Below are positions 36,101 to 49,095 of a stretch of 64,000 nucleotides of DNA, in pieces. The stretch spans positions 8,184,001 to 8,248,000 of the forward strand of contig JBHGNT010000006.1 in assembly GCA_043228905.1 (NCBI GenBank), written 5' to 3'. The notes below the pieces were generated by a model. The model saw nothing but the letters and a program-made list of their open reading frames with translations, was not told where the DNA came from and searched no databases. Source of the stretch: Azolla caroliniana. Taxonomy: Eukaryota; Plantae; Polypodiophyta. Each line of letters opens with the position of its first letter. The first letter of the stretch is position 1. A program made the position numbers and the translations under genes.

Positions 36101-38460
36101 TATTGGAATGGCAACCCCCACATTCTGTTTGAGACATCCAATGTTTCCTCGGATTTGCTAACTTCTATCGCAAATTCATATGGAATTATTCAAAGATTGT
36201 GTTGTCTCTCACCCAACTCACCAAGAAAAATCAAGCGTTTGTTTGGACTATTGAAGCGGACACAACCTTTACTTAGCTCAAAGAGGCATTCACATCAACT
36301 CCCATCTTAGCGCATATTGATCCCGAAAAGCCATTTACCATTGAGGTGGATGCATTAGACTTTGCATTGGGGAGTATCCTATCACAACCAGGCAAGGACA
36401 GACAATCCCATCTAGTCTCGTTTCACTTGAGAAAATTTACGGTTGTGGAGATAAACTACGAGGTGCATGACAAGGAGTTACTAGTTGTGGTCGACTCTTT
36501 CGAGCAATGGCGACATTTCTTGGAAGGATCGCCTCATCAAATCATCATTTATGGTGATCACAAAAATTTTACGTATTTTCAAGCGGTTCGAGTGTTAAAT
36601 AGGAGACAAGCTCAGCTTGTTTTGATTTCAAGATCGTTTTCTGCCTTGGGAAACAACAAGGGAAGGCAAATTCTCTATCTCGACATTCATATCTCGCACC
36701 TCAACCTGGAGATCTGGCCTTCGATGATTAAAAGCGAATTCTCCGAGGACCATCAAAGCTACAAGCAACAACAGTTTATGTCACGCCGCTTGATTCACAC
36801 CTTGTTGATACTAATTCGGCAACGACTTCACTCTGATGATTTCGCTAAGGATGTCTTGGCCCACATTAGTCCAAGCCATGCATCTTGCTCCACATTGCAA
36901 GGGTCATCTCAACACTATCAGGACTTTGAGTGGCAAGATGGCTTACTCTTTTACAAGAATCTCCTTTACGTCCCTGATGGATAACCCCGCCTTCAAGTAT
37001 TAGAGCATTGTCATGATGCCCCTATGGTGGGAGATTTTGGTATTGCCAAGAACATGGAGTTGGTGATGCACTCGTTTTGGTGGCCTCATTTGCAAAACTT
37101 TGTCGAAGATTACGTTCGTACATATGACACATGTTGTCGAGCCAAAATACCCAGGCATCTTCCTTATGGCTTGTTACAACCATTACCACTTCCAACCAAA
37201 CCATGGCAGTCTATTTCTATGGATTTCATTACGGATCTGCCACCTTCAAAAGGATTTGATACTATTTTAACAGTAGTGGATCGATTTATCAAGATGACAC
37301 ATTTTTTACCATGTGTAAAGAACATCAATAGTAAGGAAACCGCAAATATTATTATGTGTGAAGTGTTTCGCCATCATGGTCTTCCAAATGATATAATTAC
37401 CGATCATGGTCCTCAATTTAACTCTCACTTTTGGAAGCACCTATGGGCAGGCGTCAAAATATCTTGCAAACTCTCTTCGGCTTATCATTCACAAACTGAC
37501 TGATAAACAAAGCGCACGAATCAAACACTCGAGTAGTATCTTCGATGCTTCATCAATTATCAACAAGATTATTGGAGTAATATTTTACATCTTGCTGAGT
37601 TTGCATACAATAACACCGTACACTCTTCTACCAAGGTTACACCTTTCTTTGCCTACACCGGCAACCATCCTCGATGGTGTATCTTGGATCTTCCCAAGGT
37701 TGCAAGAAACCCTAGTGCTGAGCATCACCTTCATTGACTACACCGAATCCAGTTAGCGCTATCTTCACATCTTCAGACAACTCAGGCACAACATAGGACC
37801 AACGCAGATCGCCATCGTCTTAAGTCTCCTTTTAAGGTTGGTGACCAAGTATGGTTGCTTCGTTGTCACATCAAGACTACCCGGCCAAGTGAGAAGCTCG
37901 ATTATCAGCGCTTAGGTCCTCTTCTCATCACAACGCGGATTAATGATGCAACCTTTCGTCTTAATCTTCCAGTACACATGCGGCTTCACCCAGTCTTTCC
38001 TAGCTCTCTTTTGGAACCTTGTTGCACCTCTTCCTTTCCTAATCATGTCGTGCCATCTTTGCCCTATGCCCAACTTGCTGATGGCTCCGAATACGAGTAG
38101 TTGCTATTCTTGATTCAAAGATTGTGTGGAATAAGCTCTATTATCTGGTTGATTGGGTAGGTTATCCTCAGATTCTCCAACTGATTGCACTTGGGAACCT
38201 GTCAATAATGTTTCTAACGCTCAAGCTCGTGTCGATGACTTCCATCGCCGCTATCCAAACAAACTGGGCCCTACATTGTTAATGCCACCTTCCACTCGTC
38301 GTTATCGAAGGGGAGATAGTGTCATGAATGCATAAAACATCATGGCTTCACCTAGGCTTGAACCCAAGATCTTGTAATACATAAAACCTAACCATTAAGA
38401 TGGCCTATGATCATATGAGATGATAAAAGCCACTTCTTGTAATACACCGATTATTGTAAA
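33186..38460 (+). mobile_element. Decayed Ty3/gypsy chromovirus (Tcn1-like): 5' LTR from 33186 to about 33482, gag-PR-RT-RH-INT-chromodomain, PPT 38307-38319, 3' LTR from 38320 interrupted at 38460
   Basis: TGTCATGAAT.. is repeated at 33186 and 38320. Coding motifs: gag PKISLPTKFDG, CLYCGGPRHIAIHC knuckle, RT YLDD, RNaseH NYEVHDKELL, integrase PWQSISMDFITDLP and chromodomain YYLVDW.GY..TWEP..N..NAQ..VDDFH. Many stops and frameshifts. Confidence 0.9.
33341..33443 (+). promoter_or_regulatory. Heat-shock-element-like array (10-bp CATTCTAGAA units) directly upstream of a TATA box in the gypsy 5' LTR
   Basis: cattctagaa catcctagaa catcttagaa tattctagg..cattctagaacattatagaa gives alternating nTTCn/nGAAn pentamers, several of them degenerate. 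TATAAAT at 33432. Confidence 0.65.
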
Positions 38461-41400
38461 TGTTATGAAGGCGCTACAGCTCTTCTGTGTGCACAACGGA
38501 TCATGATGTGCTGGATCGTTTAGTGCTCAAGACAGAAAGGAAGGGGAAGGAGACTTACCTCTGTGTAGCAAACCAAAAAGCTTCTATTCCATTACATGCA
38601 GAGCTCAACTTGCTCTCATCACTTTTCTGTTTTTCTTCTTCTTCTACTCACTCTCTCACATACATTTTTCTATTCTCTATTCTTTATCACTTACTTACTT
38701 TTTATCTAAGTTATAAGTCACTTACATATGCAGCTAATTAGATGTTAATAGCTAAATAGTTGTCAATAGCTAAATAGTTGTTTCATCTTTATGTTCACTA
38801 GTAGCTAATTAGCTAATAGCTACTATAGCTTATTTCTCAATAAGCATCACATACCTTTGTTGAGCTTGCTTCTCAACACTCCCCCTCAAGCTCAACTTAT
38901 TCTTTCTTGGGGTCATCTTCAATCTTCTTTTCTTCATGCTTTTCAGCTACCATGCCGATGGTTATAACTCCCATCATGTCTCTAAACTGTGTATGTTTTT
39001 CCATGCTCAATCCCTTCATAAGAATATCAGCCACTTGCTGATTTGTACTTACATACAATAGATCCACTTCTCCATCAATCACTTTTTCTCTAACAAAGTG
39101 ATAATGCACTTCAATGTGCTTTGTTCTTGCATGGAACACTGGGTTTTTTGCAAGCTGAATGTTGCTCATATTGTCACACCAAATTGTGACAACACCATCT
39201 ATGTATTCTCCCAAATCAGCAAGCAATCTTCTGATCCATACCTCTTCATAGGTGGCTATTGCAGCTCCTCTATACTCAGCTTCAGTACTTGACAATGCAA
39301 CATTAGCTTGTTTCTTGCTACTCCATGAAATGGCCGAACCCAATGTAAACATATATCCACTTGTGCATCTTCTGTCAGTTTGGCTTCGAGCCCTATCAAC
39401 ATCTGTATATCCTTCCACTTTTATGTCCAGATCAGCCCTGTAAAACAGTCCATAGTTCTGAGTAGCTTTTACATACCTCAAGATTCTTCTAGTTCTAATG
39501 CAATCCAAATGTGGCTTTGTGGGCTGTTGCATAAACTGGCTGACTAGTCCAACAACATAACTCAGATCAGGTCTTGTTATAGTCAAATATATGAGGCTAC
39601 CCACCACAGACCTGCACATGTTTACATCTTCTATTTGGGCTCCCAAATCAGCCCTCAATTTGCAATTCATATCCAGTGGTACACCAATAGGTTTGCATCC
39701 AAGCATACCATACTTCTTCAACATAGTTGTTGCATACTATTTTTGCAACATACATATACCACTTTCAGATCTGATCATCTCAACACCGAGAAAGTATCTC
39801 AACTCTCCCAAATCCTTCATATGAAATTGCATTTCAAGAAATTTTTTCAGATTCCTTATTTCATCCATGGAATCACCTCCAATAATTAAGTCATCAACAT
39901 AAATCAAGATAACAACAATGCAATCATTTATCCTTTTTACATAAAGTGATGGATTAGCCTTTGACATTTTGAAGGCAAATTTTTTCAGAGATTCTCAAAA
40001 TTCCCTATGCCATGTTGTCGGTGCTTATTTCAGTCCATAGAGAGCCTTTTTCAGCCTACATACATATTCTGGATGCTTCCTATCTTCAAATCCTAGTGGT
40101 TGACACATATACACTTCTTCTTCCAAGTTACAATGTAAAAAAGCATTTTTTACATCCATATGGTGCAGAACCCATCATTTGGCTGCACTCATAGCAAGTA
40201 GTGTTCTCAAGGTTGCCATTTTTGCAACCGGCGCAAATGTTTCATCATAATCAATTCCATGCATCTGGGCATATCCCTTTGCCACAAGTCTTGCTTTATG
40301 TCTACTAACATTTCCATTTGAATCATGCTTTGTCTTGTAGACCCATTTGCAACCTACAACATTTTTTCCTTTCGGTAGCTTTTCCAAATCCCATGTTCTG
40401 TTTTTAGCCCATTTCTTATCAGATTTTGCTTCATCAAAATTGTTTGGATCAGGGATTTGTACCACTTTAGACATGTATGCATAATGCATAGCCATATATG
40501 TGTCATAACCAAATCTTTCAACAAGCTTTTTCTCTCTATCTAATCTTCTCAGTTTCTGATTTGCATCCTTCATTGCTTTTTCCATACCAGGGATTTTCAA
40601 GGTTTGTATACCAAGCTCATCATCCAATGATGTGTTTGAATCTACATCTTCCATGTTTCTAGATCCATCATCAAGCATTTCATATTCTAGCATCTTATGT
40701 TTTTCCACTCCATGCATTAGATTCAGATTTACTACCTGAGCTTCCACATGGTCCAGTACATGATATCGATGTTGACCATTGTTGTCCAACATTGCTTCAA
40801 TTTCCATGGCAATCTCTTTCATTTTCAAATTTTTCTCTATCTTCATTAGTTTTTACATTTTCTTTTGGGCTGTACCAGTTACCCAACTCATCAAATATTA
40901 CATCACGGCTTACCACAATCTTTTTTATCACAGGGTTATAGCATCTATACCCTTTTTGCTCCTCTGAATATCCAACAAAAACACATTTTTCAGCTTTTGG
41001 ATCAAGCTTACTTCTCACTTCAGCAGGTAAATGAACATAGGCAAGGCAAGGCACCCAAACACTTTTAAGTGTCCTAAGCTAGGTTTCCTTCCATAGAAAC
41101 ATTCTTCAGGTGTTACTTCATGTACTCCAGATGTTATAGATCTATTTAGAATGTAGTTTGCTGTGTTTACAACTTCTGCCCAATAATACGTCATATTTTT
41201 TTCTGTCATTAAAGCTCTTGCTATGTTCACCAAATTTTTGTTTTTTCTCTCAGCAACTCCATTTTGTTGTGGAATATATCTACATGTGAACTGTCTCCTT
41301 ATTCCTTGATTGCATAGAAAATCAGAAAACTCATTTGAGAAGTACTCTCCTCCATAAGATCTTAAGCATTTTATCCTAGTTCTAGCCTGCTTTTCTACCA

Positions 41401-42681
41401 TACATTTAAACTTACGAAAGTAATAAAATACTTCACCTTTTTCTTTCATGAAATAAACCCATGATTTCCTTGAGCAATCATCAATAAAAGTTACATAAAA
41501 TCTACAACCACCAATAGATGCATTATTTTTTGTTGGTCCCCATACATCAGTATGTACCAAATCCAACAAATTTTTGCTTATATGTCTTTCATGAGGGAAA
41601 GGCAACCTGTTTTGCTTTCCATATTGACATGCTTCACATATTTTTCCCATCTCATAGTCTTTCAACTTAGGCAGTCTGGCCACTGCATCTTTCCTCAACA
41701 TATTTTTCAAAGTTAGCATACTTATGTGACCGATTCTTTTATGCCACATTACCACATCTGAGATTACACTCATTCCTTCTGCAAACATGGTTGTGATCTT
41801 CCTAGGCATAGCCACATCCAAAACAAACATTCTTCCTTGTCGTTTTCCTTTTGCAATGAGGTTTCCATTTTTCTCTATGAAACATCCACTTTGCTTAAAC
41901 TTAACTTGCATTCCTTGCTCTACTATCTGTCCAATAGAAATTAGATTTTTTGCAAGGTTTGGAACATGCATCACATTCAACATATATTTTGTTTTTCCTT
42001 TTTCCTCCCACAATGGGATATCTCCAACTTGTCTGTACATAACCAGGAATCTCTGGTTCTCTTAGCCTTTCAAACCAGTTTGCATGTCTTGTCATATGAT
42101 TCGATGCCCCCGAATCTACATACCACATAAAATCTTCATTATATCTCTGTGAGCATTTAGCCATTGTTGTTGTTTCGTGTTGCACAACAAATGCACCATC
42201 TTTATCACAATCTTCACTAGTTGAGGCATAATTATTTTGCTGTCTCTTCCCTCTTTTTTCATCATTTTGCTTTTTATAAAATTCAGCTTGTGCATGGCCT
42301 AGTTTTCCACAATACCAACAACCATCATCATTCAATTAAGTTTGCTTACCTCTACCTTGATTGCTCCCCTTGCCTCTGATGTTGTTTCTTCCACTTACAG
42401 CCTGTTGTCCTCTTCCTTGATTACTATTAATGGTTCTAGCTGAACCAAATCTTCCATGGCCTCTTCCTCGGCCTCTTCCAACACTACTGTAGAGGGCTTG
42501 CCCCTCATTCTCAGAGTTTCCTTTGTTTACATCATCCATCTGATTTCTTTCTTCTACTACAAGCATTGAAACCAGATCTGGAAAACTTGGGATACTATCC
42601 CTTGTGAGAATAGATGTTTTGAAGCTTTTGTATTGAGGTCCTAAACCTCTTAAGCATATTTCTACCTTACCATCATCTTCT
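38461..42681 (-). mobile_element. Decayed Ty1/copia element inserted in the gypsy 3' LTR. 3' LTR 38461-38878, PPT 38879-38890, cut in gag at 42681
   Basis: TG..CA LTR next to the PPT TTGAGGGGGAG on the minus strand. ORF pieces carry CWYCGKLGH, DSGAS, WHKRIGH, VHTDVWGP, QQNGVAER, KARLVAKGY, IYVDDL, ISWSSKKQ and HARTKHIEVHYH. Confidence 0.92.
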
Positions 42682-45600
42682 TGTTGGGAAATCGGTCTCT
42701 TCGGATGGGATCCGGTGATGAATAAAGAGGAGCCGGTGAGAACCGGAAGAGAAGACATATTTGTAAATATGTCTTGAACAAGCCCATTAAGGCTATCTTT
42801 ATAAATAGCCCTAAGTTCATATAACTATAAATATGACTTAGGGCAATCACTTTATACTTTGAGAGCATGTTGTTGTCATATTGCTATAACTGTTGTACAG
42901 AGAGCGATAGAGTGTGAGGGAGTTATGGAGAAAGAGATACATAACGATAAATGTTGTAACCGCCACTGTGTGAAGAAACAAAGCTTGAGGTCGTTGCCTC
43001 CGAGTCTTTGATTGTACCCCTTCTCTTCATAGTGATGGTTCAGAGTCTGTGGGCTCCCGTGGTTTTTCCCTATTAGGGTTTTCCACGTAAACATCCTATG
43101 TCATTTTCTTGTGTACTCTCCACTTCCCATTTCTGTGTTTGATTCTTATAGAAGTGACTTACTACTCGGTTGTGGCCAAGCGATATTCCGCGCATTTCTC
43201 GTCAAACTGGTATTAGAGCGAACAACACAGAAAATGGAAGAATCCTTCGGCGGCATGTTCAAGCTCACCAGCTCCAACTACTCAGTGTGGAAGTCGAAGA
43301 TGAGGGACATGCTGGTGGTTAAAGATCTTTGGTTGCTGGTTCAGTCCGAGGACAAGAGACCGGATAAGATCAACGCCATGGTGTGGGAGGTGATGCACAT
43401 GAAGACGACAACATACATCCGGTGCTTCATCGACATGAGCCTGTACAACAACTTCAATGAAGAGAACAAGGCTCATGAACTCTGGGAGAAGATCGGCATC
43501 ATGTCTAGAACAAGAATGTCGTTAATCGGGTTTCGGTATTTCGGAAGCTAGTGAGGCTTCGATACCAAGACGGATCGAGTATGGGGGAGCACATGAATGC
43601 CTTCCAGGGGTTGATACACCAAGCAACCTCGTTGGAAGTACCTCTCGCTGAGGTACTTGCTCTACTCCTACTCGGTTCCCTCCCGGATAGCTGGGAGACG
43701 TTAGTTGTCATGCTGGGCAACGCTGGGCTGGAAGGAAAACAACTATCCCTAGCAAGGGTCAAGTCCAGCTTGCTAGATGAGGAGGCACGTCGGAAATACA
43801 AGGAGGTGATCTCCGACGCCAAAGCCCTCACCGAATTGGAACGCGGAAGACAAAGGAATCAGAGTCCCTAGAACCGGGAAAAGTCAGGGACACGATCAAA
43901 GTCAAGGGGGAGGCCCACTTGCTTCTATTTTGGTAAGCCGGGGCACTTCCAGAAGAACTGTCGGCATTTCCGTAAGGACAAGGGAACCGACAGTACCGAT
44001 TCGAAGAAGTCACCGGACCGAAACGGTTCGGATCGGCGAGGCCCGGACCGAAAGGGAACGACAGCGATCGCGGCAAGTGAAGAAGAACTAATGATTATCA
44101 CCAAGGAGAGTGAGTTGAACCTTGCCGTCGACGAGACAACATGGGTTGTTGATTCCGGAGTGTCGTTCCACCTTACCCCGAACTGGAAATGCTTCTCATC
44201 CTACATAGACAGTGAGCACGCCTGTGTCTGGATGGGGAATGAAGGGACATGCCGAATTATCGGCATAGGAGATGTGCTATTGATGACATAAACCGGATGC
44301 AAGTTGTTGTTGAAGGATGTCTGACATGTTCCGGAGGTTCGAATGAACTTGATATCAACTGGTCGGCTAGATGATGAAGGCTACACAAGTAGCATCCGGA
44401 ACGGTGTCATGAAGTTCTGCAAAGGGAGCTTAATAGTGGCTCCAACCCGGAAGGTCAACACTCTATACTTGATGAATGCCCGGATATGCCGGGAAGAAGT
44501 GAACGTAGCATCCGACATTGCCGGTGAGTTGTGGCACAAAAGACTGTGTCACATGAGTGAGAAGGGGATGAAGAGGCTTGCCGAATACAATCTCATTCCG
44601 ATGAAGGACGTGCAACTTGAGAAGTGCACCGACTGCCTGGATGGCAAGCAAAACCGCACCTCCTTCCAGTCAAGACCACCGATGAGACGGAATGCACCAT
44701 TGGAGCTGGTGCATACCGATGTGTGTCAAGTTGACACAAAGTCACATGTTGAATCGATGTTGCGTTGTTACGCACGTGCGTGGAGAAAGGCGGGACCACG
44801 GGGGTCTTGGACCAGGGAGTGACAGAGCGTAGGAAGTCGTGCTTCACCGTTTCCGGGGAACCCCAGAAGAACACCGGAAGCGACCGAAGGGAGAGAGAGA
44901 AAGAGAGGGAGCGCGTGCTTAACACCGACTCACGCACACACACGCCCATACACACACATGCCGACACGACTCACGCCCTTATGTACAGGAAACGCAGAAA
45001 AGGGGAAGCACCCGACACCGACAGAGACGCGAATAGACAAACAGACGCAAATGTATATATATAAACAGAAGAATACATTCCCGGCTTCGAGCCGTTCCAA
45101 GGCAGGTTACAGTAGTCGTCAGCTGCCAAGCCGCCGTCGGGGAGCTCACGGGCTCGTCGCGCCGAGCGGGGTCTTGCGCAAGAGATGAGCTGAAGCCAAC
45201 CCTAAGCGAACATGAAGGAGAAGAAGAAGAAGCAGAAGAAAAAATTTAACTCTAAACCTAACGGTATACCCTCTAATGCAAAATGGGCAACCCTTTCACA
45301 AAGGGCGTTCCCCTCCTTTTATAGAACAAGGAAAGGGATGCGTTACAATGTGGGACCAATCCCGACTTACATGGGATCATCTGCCCCGACTTGACTACTC
45401 TTCGGCGCCATAAAGGCGCCCTCGATATTCACACTAAATGTACATGGGTGCGTACACATGTTGCACCCCGCCGATGTAGCCAATGTTCCCGGTTTCCGCC
45501 TCTGGTCGAAATTCTTCACGACATCCGCCCCCACCTAACTGCACGTCCACCGGTACGTGCCAAATCTGGTTGAAGGGTGAGAGATTTCGGCCGGTGAGAA

Positions 45601-46624
45601 ACCGGTCTCCCGTGATCCGCATCTCGGCTCGCTGCCGGTTTGATCCACCGGCTTCGAGTCTTCCTTCGCGCTCGCCTCCCCGTAGGCTCGTTCGACCCGA
45701 CGATGGGTCCTCCGCCGCGATCTCCGTAGTACGCGTACTTCCGTTGGCCCTTGTTCGGCCGTATGAACGCCCCGCTTCCCGCCGTATGCCCGATGTCCTC
45801 CGCTTGAGGCACACCCGTAGTGGCCCGCTTGGCCTCCGTTGATCATTCGTGTTGTCCTGATTGCCGTCCCATGTTGTTTCGCGTTGCCCTCGTCCTCTCG
45901 CCGCCACCTTCCTTCTTCATGGTCTTACATCGCCATGTCGGCTCGAACCGCCATGGTCTCCGGAACGGTGTGGGGATCCCTTTCCGGTCTTCTCCGCGAT
46001 ACCTCCGAACTGCGCAACCTATCTCCGCGCTCGCCTTTCCGCTCCGGCACCTCTGTGTGCCACATACCCTCGTCTGTTGTTTGGCGCTGCCTGTATCGTA
46101 CTCCGCTTCATTGCACACCTTGTCGGCCCCTTTTCCGGCCAGATCGTGCATCACCGCTCCCCGCATACTGGTGTCCTTTGCATCCGAGGAACACCCCGTA
46201 GTAGCCCGCTTGGCCCTTCCCGTCTTCGTGCTGCCGCGATAAGTCCTGATTCTTCCGCTTCCCGTCGTCCCCTCGCCCTCACCAGCTTGTCATCCCGGCT
46301 TGCCGTGTCAGTCTTCGCTACTTCGACGGAGCTACCGAGATCTACGAAGCGAGTGTGGAGGATCCTCCTTCGGCATCTCTTGCCATCCCCTGACTCCGAC
46401 CCTGTGCAGTCCACTAGGCACTTGTCACCTCGTTCCCGGCACCTCCCTTGTGCCGTCTTCCGCTTCCTTCGTTCGGCCCCGCCCGCGCCGAACACCGTCC
46501 CTTAGTCACGCTTCGATCCGGCCCACGACGGCTACTTGCGAGACCCTTGTTCTATCCCAGGTGTGCCTTTCCGGCCGGACGCACCTCCCCGCGTTTGCCC
46601 CTACCGGCTCCTTTCGAACCTCGT

Positions 46625-47155
46625 GTCGCCGGGTCCCGTTCCCTACCGCCACCAACCTTCTCTCTCGGTCTCATGTTGCCACGTTGGCCGAATTGCCGGA
46701 GTCTCCGGATCGGTGTGAAGGTCCCATAGGACCGGACTCCGTTTCTATGCTTGCCGTAATTCGGGTGCCTTTGTTTTGAGTCCCTCCCGGACTCTCCTCG
46801 TGTCTTCCGCGTAGTCGGGTCCCGTTTCCCGCCGCCACCAACCTTCTCTCTCGGTCTCATGTTGCCACGTTGGCCGAACTGCCGGAGTCTCTGGTTAAGT
46901 GTGGGGATCCGGTAGGACCGGACTTCCTTACGCCCTTGCCTTCGTCACCTCGCCGCCACCGTCAGTATCTTGGTCTAACGTCGACCGCGTTGCCGACTGC
47001 CGAAGTCTCTAGAACTGGTGTGAAGGATCCTCCGTAGACCGCCCATCCGTAGCCCCTTTGCCTTCGTCACCTCGCCGCCACCGTCAGTATCTTGGTCTTA
47101 CGTCGACCGCGTTGCCGACTGCCGAAGTCTCTAGAACCGGTGTGAAGGATCCTCC
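46625..47155. repeat. Two pairs of internal direct repeats in the gag-only element (about 46630-46745/46818-46925 and about 46936-47035/47058-47155)
   Basis: cgggtcccgtt..ccaccaaccttctctctcggtctcatgttgccacg occurs twice, and ttgccttcgtcacctcgccgccaccgtcag..gaaggatcctccg occurs twice. Confidence 0.85.
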
Positions 47156-47521
47156 GCCGGCCTCCGATTTGTATTCCCGACCCTGTCCCGGGTCGTCCTT
47201 TTCCGCATGCCGAGAGGGCGTTTTGTTCCGCACCCTCTCCCGTGGTACCGACGTACCGTGTCCTCGGCCTCTTCGTAGGCCAGCTCTCTTCCTCCCTCCC
47301 GGAATGGTCATCCGAGAGTCCGCTCCGCCCGGTTCTCGCTCGGGTCCGTTCGTCATTCTCCAGATTGCTGAGTCCTGTTCTCCTGTCGCCACCGATCTGT
47401 GTAAGGAACTCCATAGGACCGACTTTCATTCTCCTTCCAACTCTCGACCTTCGCCCGGTCGGTCTTTCTCCCCATGTAAAAGAGAGTGGCTCGTCCCGCA
47501 CCCCCTTCCGTATCGGCACTT

Positions 47522-48961
47522 TCACGCCGAATCCGGCCCCGATCGAACGATCCACGACCGGATCACGCTCCACCCGTATCGGAATGCCGATCTCCTCGTG
47601 CCGCGTCCGTCCTTGGCCTCCTCACAGGTTGTTTCCCATCCGCCTTCGCTGGCATCGTGCCAGGACTCCTTGGTGCCGCCATCCATCTCCTCGGTCTTAC
47701 ATGGGCATACGGGCCCAAATGCCGAGTTCTCCGGAATTGGGTCCGTGGGCTTTCGTCCGCTCCTTCCCTGTATCATCTCGCCGGTGATTCTTGGCCTTTC
47801 GCCGCCGCCTTCCTCCGCTTGGGACTCACGTGGGCACTCGGGCCCGACTACCATCGTCCCGGGAGCAAGTGTGGGAAGACACAAAGAATCGCCCGTCCGT
47901 TTTACGCCCTTGTCCGTAGCCACCGACTCTTCGTGGTCGGCGGTCGTCTTCTTACCGATCGCGCAAGCCCCGTCTGGGCTTGCTTCTCCAATGACCGGGA
48001 TCTCGAGCTGACACGTCCGAAACCGCTGGTCCCAATGTTCCGGTTCCGCGATCTGTATCTCGGCCTCGTCCTTGGCCGTTCTATCTCCGCAAGTCGAGAG
48101 GGTGTTTCGTTCCGCATCCTCTCCCGTGGTACCCTGGTACCGATCTTCCGCCGTCGCGTGGGGCAAGTCCGTCTTCTCAGTCTCGGCTTGCGGCCTCCGT
48201 CTTTCCTCTTCCTCGAGCATCACCTCGAGAGCTGCGTACGCCTCCGCAATCTTGGCCCCAACGCCGACCCTTGCCGACTCTCTTTGCCGTTCAACCTCTT
48301 CCCACTGTGATGGCACGCCGTCGCGTACCTTCCTCTTAGCCTTCTCAGCTCGCTCATTGTCTAGCCGTTGGCACACCCTTCCGACCTTCGACCAGTCCTC
48401 CGTAAGCCCATTCGCTCCGTCATCGTCTTCGAGCTCAATCCCGATGGCCTCCCGTTCCGCTCGGTCGATCGACCTGACGAACAATAGGACCTTGTCCGCC
48501 CCCACCAATCCTTGTTCCCGCTCCGGGAGTCGAGCAAGCCGTCGCTCGAACTCTCGGAACGCCTTGGTCGCGCCCCGGTGGGTCTTTGCCGATGCTACCC
48601 ACTGGTCGAAGTCGTGTCGTCCCCGGCTCTTCCGCCGTCCTCCGAATGCCTTCAGGAGCGCCTCTTCGAAGGCCTCCCACGAACTATGAGCCTCACGGAG
48701 CTCCTTTATTTCCGCATGCATCCGGACAGCCACGACCCGATAGAAGAACTCCAGCCTCAACGCCTCGTCTACACCACGCTCCTCCATTTCCGCGTTGTAG
48801 GCTTCCAAGTAAGATGGGACTTTGTTCCCGTTGAAACGGCCGACTCTTTCGACCACTCGCTCAACCGCTTGTTGTGCTGCTTCTCGCCTCATCACCACTC
48901 GTGCCGACTCCAACACCACTTCGGCCACCATCTCCGCAAGGTCGTCGTCTTCTGACTTCAT
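47522..48961 (-). CDS. Gag-like protein (479 aa) of the Trp-primed LTR element
   Basis: The ATG lies 16 nt after the PBS. VGRFNGNKVPSYLEAY..SWEAFEEALL..F.EFERR..DKVLLFVRS resembles a gypsy capsid region. The first 200 aa or so are conserved in the copy at 56376-57125. Confidence 0.75.
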   Translation of the reverse strand: MKSEDDDLAEMVAEVVLESARVVMRREAAQQAVERVVERVGRFNGNKVPSYLEAYNAEMEERGVDEALRLEFFYRVVAVRMHAEIKELREAHSSWEAFEEALLKAFGGRRKSRGRHDFDQWVASAKTHRGATKAFREFERRLARLPEREQGLVGADKVLLFVRSIDRAEREAIGIELEDDDGANGLTEDWSKVGRVCQRLDNERAEKAKRKVRDGVPSQWEEVERQRESARVGVGAKIAEAYAALEVMLEEEERRRPQAETEKTDLPHATAEDRYQGTTGEDAERNTLSTCGDRTAKDEAEIQIAEPEHWDQRFRTCQLEIPVIGEASPDGACAIGKKTTADHEESVATDKGVKRTGDSLCLPTLAPGTMVVGPECPRESQAEEGGGERPRITGEMIQGRSGRKPTDPIPENSAFGPVCPCKTEEMDGGTKESWHDASEGGWETTCEEAKDGRGTRRSAFRYGWSVIRSWIVRSGPDSA

Positions 48962-48976
48962 CCTCCCTTGCCGCCT

Positions 48977-48994
48977 TTCACGTCGGGTTCACCA
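48977..48994 (-). other. Primer-binding site complementary to the 3' 18 nt of tRNA-Trp
   Basis: The plus strand reads TTCACGTCGGGTTCACCA, which I recognise as the 3' end of plant cytosolic tRNA-Trp plus CCA. It lies 4 nt inside the 5' LTR. Confidence 0.85.
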
Positions 48995-49095
48995 AATATG
49001 TCGCGTTGTTACGCGCGTGCGTGGAGAAAGGCGGGACCACAGTGTTGGGATTACGGTCCCTCCGGATGGGATGGTCTGATGTCCGGGAATCGGGA

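Noticed and set aside
45434-48955. Many overlapping 100-317 aa ORFs on both strands in the GC-rich LTR-element interior
   Set aside because: Expected from high GC and few stop codons. No recognisable domain apart from the gag-like ORF.
48977-48994. tRNA-Trp gene
   Set aside because: Only the 3' 18 nt including CCA match, adjacent to an LTR. It is a primer-binding site. The same applies at 29687 and 56328.
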